From Bacteroidaceae bacterium (GTDB taxonomy: Bacteria > Bacteroidota > Bacteroidia > Bacteroidales > Bacteroidaceae): a DNA stretch of 55,031 bases. Below are positions 17,169 to 24,340 of the stretch, one piece after another. Under the pieces are notes generated by a model. The model searched no databases. It saw nothing but the letters and a program-made list of their open reading frames with translations, and was not told the origin of the DNA. The stretch lies in assembly GCA_017616915.1 (NCBI GenBank), contig JAFZXF010000110.1, forward strand, positions 1-55,031. The letters run 5' to 3'. Position 1 is the stretch's first letter, and each line of letters starts with the position of its first letter. Both the position numbers and the translations under genes were made by a program.

Positions 17169-19727
17169 ATGAAAAAAACGCTGACATTTTTCTTCGCATT
17201 GCTGCTTGCCGCCCCGATGATGCAAGCTGCACAAAAGGTAAATAAGAAGGCGCAATTAAGCGCAGCTCGTCAGGTGATTGACCGTTTCCTGCAGCAATCT
17301 TCAACAGCCAATGGTCAACGGTCAACGGTCAACGTCCAGATGTCAATGGACAAGGTGCAGGGCTGCGACCAATACTGCGTGGGTGTGGATCGCAAAGGCA
17401 CGCTACAGATTGACGCATCCAGTCCGGTAGCAGCGTGCAGGGCTTTCTATGAATACCTCCGCCTGCATGGCTACGGCATCAATTCATGGACCGGCAACCG
17501 CTTGCAGATACCTGCCACCTTTGAGCCGGAGGCCGACCGCCATGTGGTGTCGCCCTACAAACACCATAATTATTATAATGTGGTAACCTACGGCTACACC
17601 CTCCCCTATTGGAGCTGGCCGCAGTGGGAAAAGGAGCTCGATTGGATGGCCCTGCACGGCGTGGATATGCCGCTCGCCCTCGTAGCTAACGAGGCTATCA
17701 GTGCCCGGGTGTGGAAGAAACTCGGCCTCACCGATGAGGAGATACAGAATTATTTCGTTGGCCCCGCCCACTTGCCATGGATGCGTATGGGCAACATCAC
17801 CAAGATTGACTCGCCCATGCCCTTGAGCTGGCACAAAGACCAGATAGCCCTGCAACACAAGATACTGCAGCGTATGCGCGAACTGGGCATGAAGCCCATC
17901 TGCCCGGGCTTTGCAGGTTTCCTACCGCCGGAGATTAAGCGCATATATCCCGAGGCCAACCTGGTGCAGACCGACTGGGACGCTTTCCACGGTTGGATGC
18001 TGATGGCTGACGACCCCCTCTTCCCCAAAATCGGCAAGATGTTTATCGAGGAATGGGAAAAGGAATTCGGCAAGTGCGAGTTCTACATCGCCGACTCGTT
18101 TAATGAGATGTCCATCCCCTTCCCGCCCAAGGGCACCCAGGAGCGCTACGACAAGCTCGCCCATTACGGACGCACAGTCTTTGAGGGCATCCACGCAGCC
18201 AACCCCGATGCAGTATGGGTGATGCAGGGCTGGATGCTCGGCTCCACTCGCGGCATCTGGGATTATGAAACCCTCTCCGCGCTGTTGCGCGATGTGCCCG
18301 ACGACAAGATGCTCATCCTCGACATGGCCGCCGACTATAACTACATCTTCTGGCACAACGGCGCCAACTGGGAGTTCTACAAAGGCTTCGACGGCAAGCA
18401 GTGGATATTCTCCACCATCCCCAATATGGGCGGCAAAACTCCGCTCACCGGCATACTGGAGTTCTACGCCAATGGTGCACGCATCGACGCACTCAACTCG
18501 GCTTACAGAGACAACCTCGTGGGCTACGGCACCGAGCCTGAGGGCACCGAGAACAATGAAGTGGTCTATGAACTTATCAGCGATGCCGGCTGGACTGCCG
18601 ACAGCATCAACCTCAAGGACTGGCTGCAGAACTACACCCTCTGCCGCTACGGCAAGACCTGCGACCGCCTCAACGACTACTGGCAGGAGATTACCCAGTC
18701 GGCCTACGGCGAGTTCATCGACTGGCCCCACTACCTCTGGCAGCTCTGTCCGGGCGTCTATGAACGCGGCACCGCTCCCATTGACTCGCTCTTCCTCCAT
18801 GCCCTTGAGCAGTTTGCCGACGCGGCACCCCAGATGAAGGACAGCCCGCTCTATGCCACCGACCTCACCGAGATGGTGGCTCACTATGCCTCTGCCAAGA
18901 TGGAGATACTCATGCAGTCGGTCAAGAACTGCGTGATGTGGGATGACATGGGCAAGACCGACTCGCTCATTGCAGTCCTCAACGATATCGCCATCCGCAC
19001 CGACCAGGTGCTCAGCACCCACCCAATCCTGGATATGCAGCGCTGGATTGACTTCGCCAAGGCCCATGCCACCAATGCCGAAGAGTCCGCCTACTACGAG
19101 CGCAACGCCAAGCGTATCGTCACCGTTTGGGGACCGCCCGTCAACGACTACTCCGCCCGCATCTGGAGCGGACTGATTCGCGACTTCTACCTACCGCGCC
19201 TCAACAACTACCTGCAAAGCCTCAAGAGCGGAGACACCTTCGACGTCGGCAAGTGGGAGGTCAACTGGGTGGAGAACAGCAAGGGGCTCAGCCCCGTCAG
19301 CAAGCCCGCCGACAAGGTGCAGGCAGCCCTCGACCTCATGGCCATCGCCAAGACCGTGCCCTACAAAGCCTTTACCGCCGCCAACGCCAAAACGTTCGAC
19401 CACTGGACGCCCGACATGATGAGCCTCGACTGGACCACAGTGGAGTGGCCCGTTCCCGCCGCCGAGCTGGAAGGACTCAAAGGGTTTAGCTTCCACTGGA
19501 CTCACGGCCCCGAGAAACTGGAGATCAGTAAGGTGGAGCTCCTGCAGGACGGCAAGGTCGTGGCTGTCAACGAACACCAGGGTGAGACCGGCCTCATGAA
19601 CATTCACAACGACTATCCGCTCACGAAAGGTTCAGTGCTCAATCCTCAGAAGGATGCCGTGCTCCGTGCCACCGTTCGCACCACCGGCCACTGTGTTTCC
19701 TACGGCGACGTGATAATAGTAAGATAA
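17169..19727 (+). CDS. Alpha-N-acetylglucosaminidase (GH89, NAGLU-like) with extra C-terminal domain
   Basis: 852 aa with a signal peptide. It has NAGLU-type N-, TIM-barrel and C-terminal regions, for example YYNVVTYGYTLPYWSWPQWEKELDWMALHGVDMPLA and FIEEWEKEFG..EFYIADSFNEM. Confidence 0.85.
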   Translation: MKKTLTFFFALLLAAPMMQAAQKVNKKAQLSAARQVIDRFLQQSSTANGQRSTVNVQMSMDKVQGCDQYCVGVDRKGTLQIDASSPVAACRAFYEYLRLHGYGINSWTGNRLQIPATFEPEADRHVVSPYKHHNYYNVVTYGYTLPYWSWPQWEKELDWMALHGVDMPLALVANEAISARVWKKLGLTDEEIQNYFVGPAHLPWMRMGNITKIDSPMPLSWHKDQIALQHKILQRMRELGMKPICPGFAGFLPPEIKRIYPEANLVQTDWDAFHGWMLMADDPLFPKIGKMFIEEWEKEFGKCEFYIADSFNEMSIPFPPKGTQERYDKLAHYGRTVFEGIHAANPDAVWVMQGWMLGSTRGIWDYETLSALLRDVPDDKMLILDMAADYNYIFWHNGANWEFYKGFDGKQWIFSTIPNMGGKTPLTGILEFYANGARIDALNSAYRDNLVGYGTEPEGTENNEVVYELISDAGWTADSINLKDWLQNYTLCRYGKTCDRLNDYWQEITQSAYGEFIDWPHYLWQLCPGVYERGTAPIDSLFLHALEQFADAAPQMKDSPLYATDLTEMVAHYASAKMEILMQSVKNCVMWDDMGKTDSLIAVLNDIAIRTDQVLSTHPILDMQRWIDFAKAHATNAEESAYYERNAKRIVTVWGPPVNDYSARIWSGLIRDFYLPRLNNYLQSLKSGDTFDVGKWEVNWVENSKGLSPVSKPADKVQAALDLMAIAKTVPYKAFTAANAKTFDHWTPDMMSLDWTTVEWPVPAAELEGLKGFSFHWTHGPEKLEISKVELLQDGKVVAVNEHQGETGLMNIHNDYPLTKGSVLNPQKDAVLRATVRTTGHCVSYGDVIIVR
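17307..17348. repeat. Period-7 repeat, 6 units (GCCAATG GTCAACG x3 TCCAGAT GTCAATG) in frame in the GH89 gene
   Basis: Read directly. It encodes ANGQRSTVNVQMSM just after the signal peptide. Confidence 0.9.
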
Positions 19728-19755
19728 CCATTTCTACACACCTACACACACTTCA

Positions 19756-19783
19756 CCCCCGAGAGTATTGCAACTTTCGGGGG
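19756..19783 (+). terminator. Hairpin downstream of the GH89 gene
   Basis: CCCCCGAGAG pairs with CTTTCGGGGG (10-bp stem, 1 mismatch, 8-nt loop), 29 nt after the stop. The T tract is weak. Confidence 0.5.
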
Positions 19784-19810
19784 TTAATGCGTTTATCAAT
19801 CATCCAATCA

Positions 19811-19906
19811 TACCTCGTATCGATTGTGAATTCATACCTCGTATAAGGTATGAGCTTTTACCTCGTACAAGCTACCACCTTTTACCTCATACAAGTTGAG
19901 ACCCTT
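19811..19906. repeat. Phased array: TACCTC(G/A)TA(T/C) core repeated 4 times at exactly 24-bp spacing
   Basis: The cores start at 19811, 19835, 19859 and 19883. The 14-bp intervening segments differ from one another. Confidence 0.85.
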
Positions 19907-19954
19907 TCCGGAGGGTGAAATTTTAATCGACCATTATGAAAAAGACCAAAAATT

Positions 19955-20086
19955 AATCGGTTGCGACCAACTTACGAATCGGTAACAACCAACTGGGCAA
20001 TCGGTACGTACCAATATGAGAATCGGTACGTACCAACTGGACAATTGGTACGTACCGACATAATTACCGAATAGTTACCGAATTAT
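19955..20086. repeat. 22-bp tandem array (about 6 units) with AATCGGT(ACGTACC) cores; three units carry the perfect palindrome GGTACGTACC
   Basis: Units start at 19955, 19977, 19999, 20021, 20043 and 20065. The last unit overlaps the stop codon (20075-77) of the CotH-like gene. Confidence 0.85.
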
Positions 20087-23000
20087 TACCTTCTCCTTGT
20101 TGATGATATAAACGCCAGGAGGCAGGGTGATGGTCTCGCGGCCACCCTTGAGGCTGTAGAGTCGATAAACTCTGCCGTCGGCACCATAGACGGGAACTAC
20201 GGCAGCCTCGCTGCTGCTCAGCGTTACACTGTTGCCCTGCTGCCCAACGATGGACACGGCACTGTTGATGCCCGTAGGCTCCTCGAGGCAGAATTCTACC
20301 GTGCGGCTGCGACTACGCTCGTCCTCACCGAGGGCGGTAGAGAAGAGAACGTTGCTGAGAGAGGTGCTAAGCAATTGAGAATTATTTTTTCCTAACTCAA
20401 GGGTCAGCTCGCTCTTGCCGCGAGGCAACTTATGCTTGCCGCTAGCATAGATTGAAACTCTGTAGCATTGAGCATTGTCAAGCTCGGTAATGGAGACGTC
20501 GAAGTCGGGAAGGGAGCGGCTCAGGTCAAGATTGTCGAGCGTCATGCCATCGGGGATACGCAGGTCGAACTGCAGGCCGCTGTAATCGCCGTCATCCACG
20601 GCAATAACGAGCGGGATGGCCACACCCTCGTCGGTGTAGGCCACACAGCCCGAAGAAATGGCTGCATCGGCCTCAGGCAAGCCGTAGTAGCGACCGCTGA
20701 AGACGATTGGTGGTGTGGTGGTAGTGATGAGGTTGCGCACATTAATCACATCGGCCACGGTGATTATACCATTCTTGTCGGTGTCGGCCTGATAGAACTC
20801 AAAGTCCTCGTTGGGCAGGTTGAGCATATAGTTGAGCACGCACACCACATCGGAGGTAGTGACGCTACCGTCACCGTTGACATCGCCTATCAGCGGCCTG
20901 CCGCCATTGGGCTCAAGATATCCCTTGGAGGCATAGCCGAGGGTGTTGCTCATATAATTGAAGATGAAGTTTGCACGGTCTTTGAGCCACGTCTTGGCGC
21001 TGCGGGTGATGCTGGCATAAGTCTGAGCATTGCCACGACCCCAGCGCGAATTATCGTGAGAAAAGGAGGGGGCTGCAAACTGATAATAGTCGTCGCAGAA
21101 ATCTACAAGCTCGTCAAGGCTGCCGTCGTTGATGAAGTCGTACCAGAGGTTGTAGTATTTCTTGTCGAGGGCGGTAATGTTATAGCGCATGTCCTTCGAC
21201 CAAGCAAAACCTACCTCGGAGCCTGTACGCGACCAGAAATCGAGCGTAGCATGGGTGGTGAAATAGTCGCGGTTGGAGGAGAAACCGTAAGCCCAGTCAA
21301 AGTCCCACACCGGACCAAACACGTAAGGCGAACTGCTGTCCTTGATGTTGGCGTTATATACGAAGGTGCTCTTGGGGTGCATCAGCTCCACATTAGCGGT
21401 ATAGTCGGTGACGAACAGGAAACGAGCCAGATAGTCAAGGTCATAGTAAAACTCCAGGTACTCATCCTTGTTCTTCAGGGCCTCGGTGGAGCGATTGAAG
21501 CTCTCCTGAATCATGCTCTGGGTCAGACTGGTGGTGCCCTCGCTGAAGTCAGGCTCCTTGATATTCACCGGCAGGTTGTAGCTCTGGTCGCGGAACTTAT
21601 AGGTCTCGTCATAGTAGCTGTCGAGCTCCAGCAACACCGCATTGGTCTCATCGTCAAGGTCCACACTGTTGTTGGAGAGGCCTATCTTCTCCGTGAGATT
21701 GTAGGAACCGCGGTATTCGCCGTTGACATACAGCTCCACGGGTATCTCGTGATTGAAGCCCGCCGTCTCCACCAGTTGCGCCATCTTCATGGCTACGGCA
21801 TTACTGGTCATTGAATGGCTCTGGGCATTGGCAATGAGATTCCAGTGCTTGCCCTTCTTGAGACCGAGCACCTTGGTGGCGGTTTCAAACTTAAAATGGT
21901 AAGGGGCCTTGCCGCTGGATGTCCACGAACTGTTGCCGCGACCCTTAATCTGCATGTCTGTTTCTGGCAGGTCGGGGAACACTCCCGCACCGTCGATGCG
22001 TATCTTGCCGTCCCAATAGTAATGCTTCGAGGTGATACTGGTGCCGTCGTTTGTAGTGACATATACTGACGGAACCTTGTATGAGGAATTGGAATGGTCG
22101 GTGGCAAAATCCACACGCACCGTATAATCCTGTCCGTAAGGCCTTACAAGGTATTCACCGTTGAACCGGCGACGCAGGATGGTCTGACCACAACGGGCCA
22201 CGGTATAGACCACATCCTTATCAAAGCGAACACGGGTCACCTTGCTATGCTGCAAAGAATCGCCAATCCAGGCCTGCACATCCTCGTCGAGCTTAAACGA
22301 AGGACGCAGCGTCTTGCCGATGCCCACCACCTGCAGAGTGATGAGGGTATCTTCCTCAAACACACCGATGGCATCCTCGATGATATGGTGGTTGAACTTG
22401 TTGTTGAACTTAAAGCTATTGAACTCCGGCAGCGGTGGCGATACCTCGCTAAGGGAGTCCACCTCGTAGTCCTTGAATGTATAAGTGGGGCCACTGTCCT
22501 TGGTGGTGATTGATAATTGACCATCGAACATTGACCATGGGCCATTGAGCGTTGACCATTCACCATTGGGCATTAAGCATTGAACTTTATCTATATAAGC
22601 ACGGGGGAAAGCCTCTACCCTACCGTCGGCACGATAGACAAAGAGAATCTTGCCAGTGACCGGCTCCAGCTGACTGCCGGTGGTGTCAGGGTCAATAGGG
22701 TCAGGGTCGCTACTGGTGTGAAACTGCTTGCCCTTTTCGTCGTAGAGGTTGAATGTTTCGTTCAGTCCGTAAGGGATGCCGCTCTTGCTGTAAGCTCCAA
22801 GGGCATAAGTGCCGTTACGAACGTTAAAGAAATAACTCCCGTTGGCAACACTCTGGAAATAGAACAGCTCGGAGCCGTCGTCTGCAGTGGTATTGCAGAT
22901 ATACCACAGCGATGCCTCAGCCTCTATGCTGGAAGACAAATGCACATAGCGCAGTATCTCCGGCGAGTTGGTGTACTGGTCATCAAGGGTGATATACTGG

Positions 23001-23284
23001 CTGGTGGAGGCATTCTTAAGAGCATACTTGCCCGTGCCGGTGCCCTGCTCAATAAAATACCACAAGCAGTCGGCAGCATCAGGATCCTGGGTGGTTACGC
23101 ATAGCGGCGAGTTTACACCATGATTGACACCCAGTGCCGCACTACTGCCCTCCAGGAAGAGGGACTCGATGCGATACTTGGTCTTGCTATCAATTCCGGT
23201 AATGATATCTGCCCCGCAATAAGAGACAAAAAACGAGAACTGAAAGAAAAGGACTGTCCAGAAGGCCGCTACTCTTGCTTTCAT
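20075..23284 (-). CDS. Secreted multidomain protein B: lectin-like N-domain, CotH-kinase-like core, dockerin, cohesin-like module, T9SS C-terminal sorting domain
   Basis: 1069 aa with a signal peptide. The evidence by region:
- CotH-like core: IKGRGNSSWTSSGKAPYHFKFE..GLKKGKHWNLIANAQSHSMTSN..PVELYVNGEYRGSYNLTEKIG..FGPVWDFDWAYG.
- Dockerin: DVNGDGSVTTSD..DTDKNGIITVAD.
- Cohesin-like: GVAIPLVIAVDDGDYSGLQFDLRIPDGMTL.
- T9SS CTD: VPVYGADGRVYRLYSLKGGRETITLPPGVYIINKEKVIIR. Confidence 0.75.
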   Translation of the reverse strand: MKARVAAFWTVLFFQFSFFVSYCGADIITGIDSKTKYRIESLFLEGSSAALGVNHGVNSPLCVTTQDPDAADCLWYFIEQGTGTGKYALKNASTSQYITLDDQYTNSPEILRYVHLSSSIEAEASLWYICNTTADDGSELFYFQSVANGSYFFNVRNGTYALGAYSKSGIPYGLNETFNLYDEKGKQFHTSSDPDPIDPDTTGSQLEPVTGKILFVYRADGRVEAFPRAYIDKVQCLMPNGEWSTLNGPWSMFDGQLSITTKDSGPTYTFKDYEVDSLSEVSPPLPEFNSFKFNNKFNHHIIEDAIGVFEEDTLITLQVVGIGKTLRPSFKLDEDVQAWIGDSLQHSKVTRVRFDKDVVYTVARCGQTILRRRFNGEYLVRPYGQDYTVRVDFATDHSNSSYKVPSVYVTTNDGTSITSKHYYWDGKIRIDGAGVFPDLPETDMQIKGRGNSSWTSSGKAPYHFKFETATKVLGLKKGKHWNLIANAQSHSMTSNAVAMKMAQLVETAGFNHEIPVELYVNGEYRGSYNLTEKIGLSNNSVDLDDETNAVLLELDSYYDETYKFRDQSYNLPVNIKEPDFSEGTTSLTQSMIQESFNRSTEALKNKDEYLEFYYDLDYLARFLFVTDYTANVELMHPKSTFVYNANIKDSSSPYVFGPVWDFDWAYGFSSNRDYFTTHATLDFWSRTGSEVGFAWSKDMRYNITALDKKYYNLWYDFINDGSLDELVDFCDDYYQFAAPSFSHDNSRWGRGNAQTYASITRSAKTWLKDRANFIFNYMSNTLGYASKGYLEPNGGRPLIGDVNGDGSVTTSDVVCVLNYMLNLPNEDFEFYQADTDKNGIITVADVINVRNLITTTTPPIVFSGRYYGLPEADAAISSGCVAYTDEGVAIPLVIAVDDGDYSGLQFDLRIPDGMTLDNLDLSRSLPDFDVSITELDNAQCYRVSIYASGKHKLPRGKSELTLELGKNNSQLLSTSLSNVLFSTALGEDERSRSRTVEFCLEEPTGINSAVSIVGQQGNSVTLSSSEAAVVPVYGADGRVYRLYSLKGGRETITLPPGVYIINKEKVIIR
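22508..22584. repeat. Period-7 repeat, about 11 degenerate units (forward CATTGAC-type), in frame in protein B
   Basis: Read directly. The sense strand is of the GTCAATG type and encodes LMPNGEWSTLNGPWSMFDGQLSI. Confidence 0.85.
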
Positions 23285-23287
23285 TCC

Positions 23288-24340
23288 TTACTCTCCTTGG
23301 ATGATGAAGTTGTATATGGTAATAACATCGACAGAGTTGACATCGCCATCGCCATTGGTATCAGCGTATTCGCGGATGATTCCGCTCTCTTCGCCAATAA
23401 TGATGTAGTTATACACGCTCACCACATCTACCGAGTTGACGCTACCGTCACCATTGACGTCGCACACATAGCGATACTTGGCGGTTAAGGTCACATCACG
23501 AGCCGGCATCGACCATTGATCGTTGACCATTGACCATTGACCATCGACCAGCTCGCCCCAGCCCACAAACTTCTGACCGTCGAGGTCGCCAGGAACGAAT
23601 GCAGGCAGAGGATTGTTATATGCAACCTGCTCGGCATGTACCACCATATCGTCCACAACGAACTGGAGCGTATAGGAGTTGACACACCATCCAGCATAAA
23701 GGTCGAGGTTATGAGAAGGCATAACCGAGGGAACATCGCCCCACCCGCAGAAGGAATAGCCTTCACGCTCGGCAGGCTCATCAATCATAGGAATGGGTAT
23801 TCCGGCCATGAGGTTGGTAGTGTAATATACCGTATCTGCATTCCAATAGGTCAGCTTATACGATGAACCCTGAGGCTCCAACGTAAATGAGGCTACAGCA
23901 TTGTTCAGCACTGTCTCGGCACCAGCATTGGTGGTAAGACGCACATTCTTTGCCACCACGTCATATGTGCCTTCCGGAAATGTGGAAGTAGCATTAAACT
24001 TGATAGAGAACAGGTTACCACTGTTGCCCGTGATATTATTCTTCTTTGCCGAGGCGTAACCCACGATACGCGGCAGGCCATTGGTAGCGGTGCCGACCTT
24101 TATAGTCAGATTGCGAGTACGCAAAGAAGAGGTAAGCGACGCAGCATCCAGCGTCACCCCACTGGGCAATACGAAATCCATCTGGAAGCCACTATAAATG
24201 GTGGAAGGGTTATCCAGCTCTACCGTCAGAGTCCACTGACGACCGTCACCTTTCACAATGCCCATCTTTATGACATCGTCAGCCGCCCATACCACGAAGG
24301 GCATGATTGCCAGCACAATTAATGAGAATATGCGTTTCAT
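23288..24340 (-). CDS. Secreted cohesin-like / Listeria-Bacteroides-repeat / dockerin protein
   Basis: 350 aa with a signal peptide (VVWA/ADD). The evidence by region:
- Cohesin-like: WTLTVELDNPSTIYSGFQMDFVLPSGVTLD...GNLFSIKFNATSTFPEGTYDV.
- Two Flg_new-type repeats (EGYSFCGWGD, GQKFVGWGE).
- C-terminal dockerin: DVNGDGSVNSVD...DTNGDGDVNSVD.
- Its start overlaps the upstream gene's stop as ATGA. Confidence 0.7.
   Translation of the reverse strand: MKRIFSLIVLAIMPFVVWAADDVIKMGIVKGDGRQWTLTVELDNPSTIYSGFQMDFVLPSGVTLDAASLTSSLRTRNLTIKVGTATNGLPRIVGYASAKKNNITGNSGNLFSIKFNATSTFPEGTYDVVAKNVRLTTNAGAETVLNNAVASFTLEPQGSSYKLTYWNADTVYYTTNLMAGIPIPMIDEPAEREGYSFCGWGDVPSVMPSHNLDLYAGWCVNSYTLQFVVDDMVVHAEQVAYNNPLPAFVPGDLDGQKFVGWGELVDGQWSMVNDQWSMPARDVTLTAKYRYVCDVNGDGSVNSVDVVSVYNYIIIGEESGIIREYADTNGDGDVNSVDVITIYNFIIQGE
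23508..23549. repeat. Period-7 repeat, 6 units (CATCGAC CATTGAT CGTTGAC CATTGAC CATTGAC CATCGAC)
   Basis: Read directly. It is in frame and encodes VDGQWSMVNDQWSM. Confidence 0.9.

Noticed and set aside
17922-19067. 381-aa minus-strand ORF, plus other long ORFs inside the GH89 gene (18265..18837, 19127..19489, 19191..19607)
   Set aside because: These are antisense or off-frame shadows of the GH89 gene. Their Gly/Val/Ala/His- or Arg/Pro/Thr-rich composition has no domain features.
19811-20086. Possible CRISPR array
   Set aside because: The conserved cores are only about 10 bp with 12-14 bp spacers. Genuine CRISPR repeats and spacers are each a few tens of bp, and no cas genes are present in the window.
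20468-21814. 448-aa plus-strand ORF, and 26038..26742 (234 aa)
   Set aside because: They are antisense to the CotH-like paralogs. The two shadow ORFs mirror each other only because the sense genes are paralogous.
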